This document shows, piece by piece, positions 19,439 to 29,610 of a DNA stretch of 64,000 bases (within the stretch, counting starts at the first letter, position 1; each line of letters begins with the position of its first letter). The stretch comes from an uncultured Nitrososphaerota archaeon. Its GTDB lineage: Archaea; Asgardarchaeota; Njordarchaeia; Njordarchaeales; Njordarchaeaceae. The stretch is taken from positions 160,001-224,000 of the forward strand of contig CAZFGR010000001.1 of NCBI GenBank assembly GCA_964518475.1, written 5' to 3'. The notes under the pieces were generated by a model. The model searched no databases, was not told where the DNA came from, and saw only the letters and a program-made list of their open reading frames with translations. The position numbers and the translations under genes were made by a program.

Positions 19439-19818
19439 CGTCTAACTCCTTCTTTTAATGTACTGAAATCTATACTTCCCCTTATAGCTGGCTTTATTAG
19501 TTTTGCCCCTTTTTTGAAACATAAATCACAGTGTTCTTCATTATTCTCGTTAACAACTTCAAAATCGTTCCACACATTTTTCTTACCCCGTTCATTTAAA
19601 CATTCATCACAGACCCAGATGCCTCTCTCTATAGGTATAACGACAAAAGATGCTTCACTTTCACAAATATCACACTGCACCATATCCTCACTTTCGACTT
19701 TTAGAATAAAGCTATCTTTCAGCGCGCCTCTGAGAGTAAGCAGGATTAAACAATCTGGACATACATATGTTTTATCAGAAATTCTCTCTCCAGAATTAAT
19801 GGTTATTTCATTAAGCAT
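19435..19818 (-). CDS. Tandem Zn-finger protein (four CxxC pairs)
   Basis: CPDC..CDIC and CDEC..CDLC in two similar units of about 45 aa; stop overlaps the start of the E2-like gene. Confidence 0.75.
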   Translation of the reverse strand: MLNEITINSGERISDKTYVCPDCLILLTLRGALKDSFILKVESEDMVQCDICESEASFVVIPIERGIWVCDECLNERGKKNVWNDFEVVNENNEEHCDLCFKKGAKLIKPAIRGSIDFSTLKEGVRR

Positions 19819-19937
19819 TTAGTTTCCCTCAGTATATTTCATGTTTTAATAAACTCTTGCCACATGAATCTTTAGGAGACGCATTTTATTTAAATTACTT
19901 TTGGATTAAAAATCAGCCAGTCTCTGGGTGATAGTAT

Positions 19938-20051
19938 ATGGGTGCGGACGAAATTTTACGACAATGGCACGAATTTATGCGTGCTTTCCGAGCAAAAAAG
20001 AAAGCAAAAAGAAGCAGATCGCATAGAAAGAAACGGCCCAAGAAAAAATAG
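19938..20051 (+). CDS. 37-aa highly basic protein (not in ORF track)
   Basis: GGGTGA RBS, then MGADEILRQWHEFMRAFRAKKKAKRSRSHRKKRPKKK*. Confidence 0.65.
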   Translation: MGADEILRQWHEFMRAFRAKKKAKRSRSHRKKRPKKK

Positions 20052-20243
20052 AACCATTTTTTAAGCACTCAAATCGTTATCTTATATCTTGCTATTTTCT
20101 AAATTTCTTGTTCTGAAAATGTGCCTACTTCATCAATTATTAATTATCTTTAAAACCGTTAATCATTAAAAGTATTTTAACTCAGTTTGATTTTAAGAAA
20201 GATCCTTATTAAAGATCATTGCTTAGCTACTGAGAGGATCACA

Positions 20244-22115
20244 ATGTCATTGCAAGGTATATTAAAGGGTATTCTTAGAAAAGAAGAAAGCTTTGAGCGA
20301 AGATGTAAGTATCTTGAACGTCTTCTCGATGCTGACATAAAGCAACTTGAAACAAATATTCTTGGTATAACAAAAACTATTGAACTAATAGAGTACAGAG
20401 TACGAGCAGGAGATGTTCAGGAAAAGGTAGTTCTAGTAGAATTTCTAAGAGTATTAAGCGAAGTCTCTGTGCGATCACAAAGATTAAGCTCGGTGGTATT
20501 GGATTTCCTCATTAGTCGTTTGAAAAAATTGGCTGATTTTCTAATAGCAGATGACTACTTATTATCAAACTATATTGCTGCTCTTCGAATTCCTCTAAAA
20601 AATGAGACTTGGCGAGTTTTTGAGTTAATTGATACTTTAAGAGGTATCGTGCTCACAGACAGATTTGAGGAATCTAGAAAAGCTGTTTTAAGAACTTTAA
20701 ATGATATAGCCTGGAACCTCCCTTACATAATAAGTGATTTTAAAGATGCACTCCCGAAACTGCTCAAAGAATCGCCACCAGATATAAAATCGCTTACTAT
20801 TCATTTTATAGCCCGTATCCTTTCCAGAAATCTCTATGCAACAAAATCTCTCATAACAGAGCTTCTAGCCAGTGATCTAAGCCTTATTTCGGAGATACTA
20901 GACGTAGCCACGTACTTGCCTATTCCTCTTCAACACAAAGAAATTGCTGAATCCTTCTTTAATGTAATCTATGAGAGATATTTAGTTTCCTCTGAACCGA
21001 GTGAACAGATGAAATTGCTTAGGGAACTCTCTAAGATCATTAGAATTAATCCCTTCCCAGATCTTCAAAATAAGTTTCTAGAAATCGCTCTTGATAAACT
21101 ACTTAAAGGAGGAGCCGAAAATCTTGACATTAAGGCGAATTTATTAGAAATTTTATCGTCAATATCTTGGCATCCAGAGGTTCGTATTGATAAATTAGTT
21201 GATACATTAATTAATGCTCTTCACAATCCATTAGAAAGAGAAGAGATCCGAGGAAAAGTTATAGAAGCTTTAATGAAGACGATCATTCGTTATCCTCAAT
21301 TCATTTCAGAAGCGTATTCTGCCCTGCTAGATGCTTACGAGTTATGCTCATCCGCAGAGAATAAAACACGTTTAATAAAGAGTTTACAAGCATTGCTTAA
21401 CCTTGTCCGTGACAGAGCTCTTGCATTAAGAACTACGACATTATTGCTTAACATCATGCAGGATGTAGGGGAAGAAGAAAGTGTTAGGGTTAATGCTTCT
21501 GAGTTATTAACAGAACTATCAAAACGTTTTCCAGACATTATAGCAGAGTTGAGTTCTAATATTCTGTCTATTTTCAATTCATTAAACGAATGGGATTTAA
21601 GGGATTCCCTCGTAAGAATTGCTGGAGAAGCTGTAAAGAAAGGATTTTCGGATGAATATTTAGTGGACATTCTGGTAAATGCTCTTAGTGATGAGTGGAT
21701 CTATAGTACTGCTCTTGATTATCTAGTCGTCTTGGCTTATAACAAACCTGAAAGCCTACTCGAAAAAATATCGAAACTAAGAAAATTCTTAGAAGTGATT
21801 AGTTCTGTGGAAAAGGAAATCCTTGAAGAGGAAAATATGGAGGCTTACTATTACCATATTGAAACACCCAAGCGTATTTTCTATAGAATTCTGCGAGAAA
21901 TAGTAACAAGAACTAAACAAGCACTAGAGGAGATTCTAGAAATATTGATTATCGGGTCAAAAGAAGAAACTAATGAGATAATTATTAGAGATATTGCTCA
22001 GACAATAAAAGATATCATCGAAATCGATGAAGAATTCAAAGAAAAACTTAATTTGAATGAGTTAAATCCCCTTCTACTAGATACACTTAAACAGTTCGGT
22101 TTAAATATAAGTTAA
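20244..22115 (+). CDS. HEAT/ARM-repeat alpha-solenoid protein
   Basis: Repeated helical units (ESRKAVLRTL, EIRGKVIEAL, SVRVNASELL, DLRDSLVRIAG). Confidence 0.75.
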   Translation: MSLQGILKGILRKEESFERRCKYLERLLDADIKQLETNILGITKTIELIEYRVRAGDVQEKVVLVEFLRVLSEVSVRSQRLSSVVLDFLISRLKKLADFLIADDYLLSNYIAALRIPLKNETWRVFELIDTLRGIVLTDRFEESRKAVLRTLNDIAWNLPYIISDFKDALPKLLKESPPDIKSLTIHFIARILSRNLYATKSLITELLASDLSLISEILDVATYLPIPLQHKEIAESFFNVIYERYLVSSEPSEQMKLLRELSKIIRINPFPDLQNKFLEIALDKLLKGGAENLDIKANLLEILSSISWHPEVRIDKLVDTLINALHNPLEREEIRGKVIEALMKTIIRYPQFISEAYSALLDAYELCSSAENKTRLIKSLQALLNLVRDRALALRTTTLLLNIMQDVGEEESVRVNASELLTELSKRFPDIIAELSSNILSIFNSLNEWDLRDSLVRIAGEAVKKGFSDEYLVDILVNALSDEWIYSTALDYLVVLAYNKPESLLEKISKLRKFLEVISSVEKEILEEENMEAYYYHIETPKRIFYRILREIVTRTKQALEEILEILIIGSKEETNEIIIRDIAQTIKDIIEIDEEFKEKLNLNELNPLLLDTLKQFGLNIS

Positions 22116-22159
22116 GAATTGTTGAATGTTAAATTCCAAATGATTAGTTGGTGAAGTAG

Positions 22160-23002
22160 ATGATAAGAGCCGTAGCAATATATGATGCGTTAGATAATCA
22201 GATATTTTATACAGACTTTGCACAATATGCACTAAACCTTTCATTTATAACAAACTCATTATTCGAAATGAAGGAACTTATCAGTAAGCAGTTAGAAGAT
22301 ATCACTATAAGCAGATATCGCGTAGGCGCATTATTTGAGCCCGATTATACAATAGTAGTATTAGCCGATAGAACTAATAGGAAGGAAGAATTAGAAGAAT
22401 TTACTCTGAATCTAAACATACTTGTAAAGAAGATATTTGGGGAGGATATTTCGAGCGAAAGCTTTCAAGATGAAGAAAAAGTTGATAAATTCTCTGATGA
22501 ATTAGAGAAACTCGTTGGTAAAATACCTGTTAAGATAACCTTTGTAGGATCTGGTGGTGTTGGAAAAACTACTATGGTAAGACTACTAGCGAGAGGAATA
22601 ATAACGTCCGAGTACACACCAACAATTTTTGCAGATGTCGAACATATAGACGTTCTTATCCCACCATTCACGATATCTCTTTTCACAGTAGCTGGACAGG
22701 AAAGATATAGAAAAACATGGGATATTGTCTCTGAAGCCACAGATATCGTAGTACTCGTACTTGACAGCACGAAAAGTAATCTAAAAGAAACAAGAGAAGT
22801 TATTTATCCAAAGATCCGCCAACTAGCTCCCTATGCACGATATGTGGCTATTGCAAATAAACAGGACTTACCTGAAGCATTGCCGCCAGCGATTATTGAA
22901 GAGGAAATAGGACTACCCACCTATGGAATGATCGCGATAAGAGAAGACGCTCGAGAAAGGTTATCAACAATTATTAAACAGATATTAACCACGATTCCTT
23001 AA
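22160..23002 (+). CDS. Small Ras/Arf-like GTPase with N-terminal longin/roadblock-like domain
   Basis: G1 GSGGVGKT, G2 PT, G3 variant TVAGQ, G4 NKQD; N-terminal alpha/beta domain of about 120 aa. Confidence 0.85.
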   Translation: MIRAVAIYDALDNQIFYTDFAQYALNLSFITNSLFEMKELISKQLEDITISRYRVGALFEPDYTIVVLADRTNRKEELEEFTLNLNILVKKIFGEDISSESFQDEEKVDKFSDELEKLVGKIPVKITFVGSGGVGKTTMVRLLARGIITSEYTPTIFADVEHIDVLIPPFTISLFTVAGQERYRKTWDIVSEATDIVVLVLDSTKSNLKETREVIYPKIRQLAPYARYVAIANKQDLPEALPPAIIEEEIGLPTYGMIAIREDARERLSTIIKQILTTIP

Positions 23003-23116
23003 AGCGATAAATAAAAAATTAGAATAGTGTGGTAGACAGTAAATAGTACAACTAGAACCCCAAGCTGTTGTTCAAAAATTAGACATCATGTTTCTCGCAT
23101 AATGTATTTTCATTCC

Positions 23117-24112
23117 TCACAAATAACCTATTTTCTTATACCAATCTATCGTTATTTTCATGCCCTCTTCAAACTTGTATCGAGGATTGTAATTCAGTTC
23201 TCTCCTAGCTTTCTCAATACTATAAACTCTGTCTGTTAACATATCTTCAACAACGGATACATGAAACACAAAATCATCAATTCCCTTAATGGCATTCCAT
23301 TTCTCAATTAGCCATACTACCGCTTTAGCAAGCCATACTGGCATGGATCCCCTTGGAGGTGGAACACCAAGAGTATTTGCGATTATTGTAAAAGCCTCTT
23401 TATATGTATAGTAGTCTTCACTAGTAATTATGTATATTTCTCCAATAGCTTTATCTCTATGTTGCAACGCCCTTAAGTAACCTTGGACAACATCCTTAAC
23501 GAAAACAAATTGAATGTAATGATTTCCACCACTAGGTAGTCTCTTCAATAGTCCCTTCGCAATAGCTCTGATAACTGAATACGTGACATATAGATCCCCA
23601 GGACCATAGACCCCCGATGGTCTTATAATCGTGACCGGTAATCCTTCTCTATGATAGTAATTTAGGGCTAACTCCTCTGCTAAGAGTTTAGAACGACCAT
23701 AATCATATACCGGGTTCGTGGGGGAATTCTCGTCAGCTGGAATCTTCTCAACAGGTCCTATTACCTCGGTAGTACTTGTAAGAATGAAATGATCCACATC
23801 CGCCCTTAAGGCTTCTTTTATGATGTTTTCCGTTCCAAGAACGTTTACTCTATACAGATCTTCCCATTTCACACCATGGAATTTCATTAACGCTGCGAGA
23901 TGAACAACTGCTTCGACACCTTTCGCTATTCCTTTCAACGTTTCTGGCTTTGTAATATCCCCTTTAACTAGCTTAGCCCCCATTTCCTCTAATTTTTTAG
24001 CCATTTCAAGACTTCTTACCAACGCTTTTACGGAGTATCCCTCATTTATAAGACTCTCTACAAGATGTTTACCTATGAAACCCGTGCCTCCAGTAACTAG
24101 GACTTCTGTCAT
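23117..24112 (-). CDS. Extended SDR (NAD-dependent epimerase / 3-beta-HSD-like)
   Basis: TGGTGFIG, HLAA, YGRSK, RPSGVYGPGD. Confidence 0.92.
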   Translation of the reverse strand: MTEVLVTGGTGFIGKHLVESLINEGYSVKALVRSLEMAKKLEEMGAKLVKGDITKPETLKGIAKGVEAVVHLAALMKFHGVKWEDLYRVNVLGTENIIKEALRADVDHFILTSTTEVIGPVEKIPADENSPTNPVYDYGRSKLLAEELALNYYHREGLPVTIIRPSGVYGPGDLYVTYSVIRAIAKGLLKRLPSGGNHYIQFVFVKDVVQGYLRALQHRDKAIGEIYIITSEDYYTYKEAFTIIANTLGVPPPRGSMPVWLAKAVVWLIEKWNAIKGIDDFVFHVSVVEDMLTDRVYSIEKARRELNYNPRYKFEEGMKITIDWYKKIGYL

Positions 24113-24119
24113 AATACTT

Positions 24120-25670
24120 TCACCCAGAAATAAGTTTACCTTCTCTTAGGGCTTCTAGATTATTACTAAGTTTCTCCAATTCAGCATCAATATCCTTAGC
24201 ATTTATACTAATCCAATGTACGTAATCTTCATCAAGCATGAATTCTAGAACAGGATAATTTCCATCCCAACTCTCACCCAGCCTAGGTAAAGTAACTGTG
24301 CCAACTACTCTAAGGTTGCTAACACCCAGTCTCGCTACTTTATCGGCAAATTCGAATAGTTTCTCATTAGGAATCGCTACACCTATTGTCTGTAAATATT
24401 CTTTCCAAGGCTTCAATGTTCGGACAACGTCAAAGATGCTCTTTATTGGATACACTTTGAGAAGTCTGTTTTGCCCATCCGGCACTAGTTTGGGTTCTGG
24501 ATCAAATATTACGGCACAACCATTGTTTTCTGGAAGAAATACTTCGATTTTTCCCATTGCTTCTAATGATAAGTATTTTTGCAATTCTTGCTCCCTATAT
24601 TTTCTGAACAAATCAGATTGTTGAATTATTTTCGTGATCCATTCCGCTTCCTCTGCCATATATTTTGCAAACTTTCTTGCTAATCCTGTGCCATCATCCT
24701 CCACAAAGAAACCAAACGCTGGTGACGCACACATGTACCCCTCGTACCCTATTCCATCAATTACAGATAGTGCTGCCACATCTCTCCTCACATATTCCTT
24801 AGCTACGACACTTAACCCAAATTTTCCACCATGGTAACATCCCTTAATTCTGTATCCTCGTTTCCTTAATTCATCAACTCTCCGTTTCACAGACAAGACA
24901 GTTTCAGTGCTCCCTACTACGCTTATAGCATCAGATTCCCGAAATAGTACAGCCTCAATGTTTTTGTCACCACCTTTCCATGGGAGAACCGCTATTGTTT
25001 CTCCAAGCTCCTCATCAATCTCCCTCAAAGATTCAGCAAACACGGGGCCAAAAACCGGTTGTTTTGACGGAGTCTTTATAATCATTCCAGTCCTAGAGCA
25101 TACGCTCAGCAACACCCCTATGGCTTCTATTAACCCTGGCACATTTGATGGGGTTATGAAAGTCACTAATTTCGGTCTTCTCAGATTTTTGATTGCTTTC
25201 CCAAATTTTAGTTTATTCATAAAGGATGCGTATCCTCTTAACCACACATTAGCGTCTTCTAGTAGAATAAATTTATCAAGGACCTTCTTGTCAATTTTTA
25301 GATTTGATAGAAATTTCACGACATTTTTGTTCATTTTTCTGATTGTACCGAACTGGTAATATATTATCACCTCTTTTGATAACCCCGTTAATTTAGGTAG
25401 TATCTCTAGAGCGATCTTTCTTTTCTCGTAATCTGGGTTCATCCAAAGATCTCGAACCTTTTGAATAACTTCCGCTAAGTACTCTGTATCCTTATTCTCG
25501 TAAATACTTTTAGCCGCATTCTTGATGGCTTCTGCAATTCTCTTCATTTGTTCCGGCGATATTTTTGGATAAAGAATTCTATACCCATCTACCTCAAGTT
25601 CCCTAAATTCGAAGTCCTCTTCGAGATCATCAAGAGAGGGGGGAAGGTAGAAAGCTTTTAATATCATCAT
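24120..25670 (-). CDS. luxC: LuxC-like acyl-CoA reductase
   Basis: ALDH-like PSNVP, IKTPS, WKGGD; Cys in GYMCASP; YLQTIG; WDG. Confidence 0.8.
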   Translation of the reverse strand: MMILKAFYLPPSLDDLEEDFEFRELEVDGYRILYPKISPEQMKRIAEAIKNAAKSIYENKDTEYLAEVIQKVRDLWMNPDYEKRKIALEILPKLTGLSKEVIIYYQFGTIRKMNKNVVKFLSNLKIDKKVLDKFILLEDANVWLRGYASFMNKLKFGKAIKNLRRPKLVTFITPSNVPGLIEAIGVLLSVCSRTGMIIKTPSKQPVFGPVFAESLREIDEELGETIAVLPWKGGDKNIEAVLFRESDAISVVGSTETVLSVKRRVDELRKRGYRIKGCYHGGKFGLSVVAKEYVRRDVAALSVIDGIGYEGYMCASPAFGFFVEDDGTGLARKFAKYMAEEAEWITKIIQQSDLFRKYREQELQKYLSLEAMGKIEVFLPENNGCAVIFDPEPKLVPDGQNRLLKVYPIKSIFDVVRTLKPWKEYLQTIGVAIPNEKLFEFADKVARLGVSNLRVVGTVTLPRLGESWDGNYPVLEFMLDEDYVHWISINAKDIDAELEKLSNNLEALREGKLISG

Positions 25671-26966
25671 TCACCCCTCGAACGTTCTCGATAGAACACC
25701 CGCACATCCTCGTTCTTCAACACCAGTAATCCTCTCAACATTTAGAATAACAGGCCCATTTAAGTTATCCTGGTCACAACCATCCCAGTCGACAGTTATT
25801 CTATCTCCCGTCAATATGAATCCTGGGAAAGACAAACTTGATGGCTCTATGAATCCGTACCGCCCAACAGTTTTACCATATGGTTCAATTGGCTCTAGTT
25901 GGTCATCAAATAGTATAGGTTCTATCCATGGTGGAAAATGTTTAACATGCCCGGCAAAGCATTCCATGATAATAGAATTACTCTCTGTCATCCCGTATAG
26001 GTCGACGTATCTATCAGCACTAACACCAAAGGCCTCTTCTATCAATCTGTTAAGCTCCTTTCTGTCTATTGGTTTTCTTCCCTTAAAACCTCCCGTGCTA
26101 GCAATTATGCTATCTTCTTTTAGCCTAGCATCGATACCTTTTTCTATTACCTTTCTAGCAACATTGGCTATCATCCACGGAGGAGCTAAGAAAATCACTC
26201 TCCTTCTCTTAAACTCCTGAAGCTTTTTAATTAATTTTTCTTCAGCTTTGCGTTCAACCCTTGGAAGCATAAAGGATATTAGTCGACGCGTGATTCTCTC
26301 TTTGAGATTTTTGATTTTTCCAGTCCTTATGCGAACAATATCGGCCGATAATTCTTCGAATGCAAAAAATACGTTGCCAGGCGAAATCGCATTAGCTACG
26401 CTTCTACCGTTCCAAGCTATCTGTAGGTAAGATTTTTTAGGAATTCCCAATATGAAGTACTCCTTACCTTTCTCCAGTTCAACGTGTGCGTCTACTGTTG
26501 CTACGTAGGATTTTACAAGCATCTCTTGAGTAAATTTATCTCTTGGGAGAAAAGTCATCCTACCAGATGTACCACTGCTAAATCCCAGTAATAATCCCTT
26601 CATGTCGAATCTCCTAAGCATATCATCGAGAGATTTTGGTTTTCCTTCAATCTCTGGAATATCTATGCTAGCTACTCCTCTAAGCCAATTAGTGAACTCT
26701 CTAACATTTTCCTCTGGGAAATCCATTGGGTAAGACTTATAGACCTCCGCTTGAATTAGTAATTTAGGTAAATCTTTCTTTGTTATTTCGTCACCAATCC
26801 CTTTTGATTTGCAATGCTTTCTATAGAACTGGTTGTTCTCATAATGATATTTATGTGCGGCCTTAATTGCTTTGAACCTTAACTCTCTAATCTCTTTTGC
26901 GTCAGCATAGTAAGATTCTGGACGGATAAGTTTGTCTAATAGTTCCATTATAACTTTCCTGTCCAA
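25671..26966 (-). CDS. luxE: LuxE-like acyl-protein synthetase
   Basis: SSGTSG, TGGFKG, DLYGMTE, PGFILTGD and C-terminal RGC acyl-acceptor Cys. Confidence 0.85.
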   Translation of the reverse strand: MDRKVIMELLDKLIRPESYYADAKEIRELRFKAIKAAHKYHYENNQFYRKHCKSKGIGDEITKKDLPKLLIQAEVYKSYPMDFPEENVREFTNWLRGVASIDIPEIEGKPKSLDDMLRRFDMKGLLLGFSSGTSGRMTFLPRDKFTQEMLVKSYVATVDAHVELEKGKEYFILGIPKKSYLQIAWNGRSVANAISPGNVFFAFEELSADIVRIRTGKIKNLKERITRRLISFMLPRVERKAEEKLIKKLQEFKRRRVIFLAPPWMIANVARKVIEKGIDARLKEDSIIASTGGFKGRKPIDRKELNRLIEEAFGVSADRYVDLYGMTESNSIIMECFAGHVKHFPPWIEPILFDDQLEPIEPYGKTVGRYGFIEPSSLSFPGFILTGDRITVDWDGCDQDNLNGPVILNVERITGVEERGCAGVLSRTFEG

Positions 26967-27444
26967 ATAATCACCAGTCTCTGGCTACCGTATGAAAGAT
27001 TACCAAAAGATTCCAACCATTTATTACTAGACAACGTCCTTATGACAGCACCCTTCCTTATGACATATCGCAATTCGATTTAAAGTTATTACAAGAGATA
27101 AACCTTACGGGAGTGCGAAGAAGTTACCTCGGTCCGTAAACGAAGATAGAAACTTAGAGGAAATGTTACACTGCGATTCAAAAACAACTTAGAAAATTCT
27201 AGCTGGAAACTCTCGTTTATCAATACCGGGAAAGCATAAAGATGCGTAGCGTTGCTGGAGATACTCTCTTAAGGAAGTGGTGAGAGAATTATGGTAGGAA
27301 TATTTCCGACAAAAATACAGTACTTATTTTCTCAGAAACCCTCCTAAATCCTTTCTCGCTCATCTCACTTGAAGTTCCCTTTATAGGTCAGCTTTTAATC
27401 TATCGAAACATTTCATTATTCTCCTGTTTATGAGCTTAGATGCT

Positions 27445-28527
27445 TCATAAAAAGGTCTTTAGAAGTTCAAATTTTTTGAGAAACTTTTCTTTAAGTTTGA
27501 AGTATGTTTCGGAATCGATATCCCCCATTTTATGAAGATTCTCTAATTCTCTCAGTAACAGCGTTATAACTTTCGTATTAGCCCTATAAATGTTCGTACT
27601 TTCCATTCCACCAGCGATCCTTTTCTCTAATTGCTCATTCGAAATTCCTTTATCAACATTTCTTTTCTCACTTGGACTAGATTCTATCAATAATTTCTGT
27701 TTTAATTTGAGAAATTCCTGACGTATAACGTTGAAGTTAGGTCTCACGGCGTTCTTCTCTGCTATGAAAAAAGATGCGTCTCTGGAGAGTACGTCTCCTT
27801 CTCTGACCATCTCTAGTGCGGATTCTATTACCTCCTTTAAATACGCATTTGGAATTTTTATTTCCGCACTAATTGTTTTAATCACTGTTCCACGGAAAAA
27901 TAGAGACTTTTTTTGCTCAACTTCTATTACGTCGGGAAGATGAATGCGATGCTTAACCCCTTTCCTATTATCATACAAGTAAAGATCTTTTGCTGAAATT
28001 ACACAAAGTTGTCTCATATCTTGAGAGATAAAGATAAGGAGATCTTCTTGATCTAGCAAGTTTTCTAATAAACCGCTCTGGATTATTTTTTCGTAAATCC
28101 TCATTAGATTTTTAAATCGATTCTTTATTGGTTTGATAAAGAACTTCACTAAATCTACGATTTCTTTTCTCACTTCTTGTATAAAATTGAGGTATAACTC
28201 TCTATATTCTTCAACTTTTTCGCTTTCAATCACATGATTAAGGAATTCTCTAATTTTTTCAAATATTCTGCCCGTTAAGCTATAGCTCTTTAGAATTTCA
28301 TCTTCTAAACCATAGTCTATAAGAATTCGCTTCTTCCTAATGTTTATGAGCTTATTTGACATCATGTCTAGATTTTGAAGTATACGCTGAAGCGCGCTCA
28401 AGATTTTTTCTAACTCCTCTAGACTAAGAGAAAATAGTTGCTGAGTACTTTTCATCTCATTTTTCCTAGATTCTGGTTTTTCCTCTTTTATTGATGATAT
28501 TGATTCATCAAGTAAATAGCGATGCAT
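27445..28527 (-). CDS. Coiled-coil protein with central PH-like region and C-terminal SHOCT-like helix pair
   Basis: LCVISAKDLYLY...IHLPDVIEVEQKKSLF beta pattern; ELENLHKMGDIDSETYFKLKEKFL. Confidence 0.55.
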   Translation of the reverse strand: MHRYLLDESISSIKEEKPESRKNEMKSTQQLFSLSLEELEKILSALQRILQNLDMMSNKLINIRKKRILIDYGLEDEILKSYSLTGRIFEKIREFLNHVIESEKVEEYRELYLNFIQEVRKEIVDLVKFFIKPIKNRFKNLMRIYEKIIQSGLLENLLDQEDLLIFISQDMRQLCVISAKDLYLYDNRKGVKHRIHLPDVIEVEQKKSLFFRGTVIKTISAEIKIPNAYLKEVIESALEMVREGDVLSRDASFFIAEKNAVRPNFNVIRQEFLKLKQKLLIESSPSEKRNVDKGISNEQLEKRIAGGMESTNIYRANTKVITLLLRELENLHKMGDIDSETYFKLKEKFLKKFELLKTFL

Positions 28528-28686
28528 TACGTTAGCACCTTAGATGTTATTAGCAATAAAACAAAGGAAAAAAGCCTAAATGCCACCAGATTTATAGCTA
28601 TTATCTAGAACTTAAGCACCAGAAAAAAGCTATATTAAAGACTAATAATATCCCAGTATTTTGCTAAGCAGCCCTTTTCAATATCA

Positions 28687-28722
28687 ATGATGAGATCGCC
28701 ACCATCGGACGAATACGGATGA
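28687..28722 (+). ncRNA. Possible partial box C/D sRNA upstream of rsmA
   Basis: ATGATGA, 12 nt, CGGA, spacer, GGATGA; no terminal D box found. Confidence 0.3.
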
Positions 28723-28744
28723 CGAACTTTTAAGAAGTGGTAAT

Positions 28745-29596
28745 ATGAGTTTGCTAGCTGAGATCCAACACCTTTGCCAGCTATTTGACATACGTCTCAA
28801 ACCTGAAAAAGGACAACATTTTATAATTTCTCGGAGAATTCTCCAGTTAGAAGTAGAGATATCTGGTGTATCAAGTAATGATTACGTATTGGAAATAGGC
28901 GCTGGTTTCGGATTTTTAACAGAAGAAATCGCAAAAAAAGCCAATAAGGTTTTCACAATAGAGGTAGATACTAAAATCATAGAAGTTTTTAGATTCAGGT
29001 TACAGAGACTTTTAGCGAGTGGTAAAATAATCCTGATAGAAGATGATGCTCTAAAGGTACCATTCCCCACAGAAATAGACTATCTAATTTCTAACCCTCC
29101 TTATCATATAATATCGCCTCTCATTATACGCATTCTTAGGGAATTATTTCCCCTAGAGAGATTTCGAGGTGCAGTGATGATACTTCAGAGAGAATACGTG
29201 AGAAAACTCTTCGCTAAACCAGGAAGTAAATATTGGGGGCGACTCCCAGCGGCTTTTAGATATTTTGCAAAAGGAAAGATCATTAAAGTAATTCCAGCAA
29301 AAGTATTTTTCCCGCGCCCAGAAGTAGATTCTGTTCTTGTAAAAATATGGCCAGATAGAAAACAACATCTAGTGGACTTTTCGACTTACGAAAAGACAAC
29401 TCAGATAATTTTCCAATCAGCTAATAAAAAAGTAAGAAGAGTGATGAAAGATTTTCTTAGGCAAAAAACACATTCCTGGCGGAGCCTCTTAACGCAGCTT
29501 TCTCAATCGATTAATTTAGAAAAACGCGTAAGAGAATTAACTGTAGAGGATCTTGAAAAGATAGCGTTCTTTTTACGAGAAAAAGAAATAATTTAA
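28745..29596 (+). CDS. rsmA: 16S rRNA adenine dimethyltransferase KsgA/Dim1
   Basis: GQHF, VLEIGAGFGFLT, SNPPY, FFPRPEVDS. Confidence 0.95.
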   Translation: MSLLAEIQHLCQLFDIRLKPEKGQHFIISRRILQLEVEISGVSSNDYVLEIGAGFGFLTEEIAKKANKVFTIEVDTKIIEVFRFRLQRLLASGKIILIEDDALKVPFPTEIDYLISNPPYHIISPLIIRILRELFPLERFRGAVMILQREYVRKLFAKPGSKYWGRLPAAFRYFAKGKIIKVIPAKVFFPRPEVDSVLVKIWPDRKQHLVDFSTYEKTTQIIFQSANKKVRRVMKDFLRQKTHSWRSLLTQLSQSINLEKRVRELTVEDLEKIAFFLREKEII

Positions 29597-29610
29597 AAAG
29601 GAAGGGAAAG

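Noticed and set aside
26967-27444. Long intergenic gap with a TTACGG...CCGTAA hairpin at 27105-27139
   Set aside because: Imperfect stem, no BHB, C/D boxes or credible ORF; cannot support an ncRNA call.
28695-28702. Putative sRNA guide ATCGCCAC complementary to the rpl2 5' splice region GTGGCGAT
   Set aside because: Only 8 nt, expected by chance, and the sRNA itself is incomplete.
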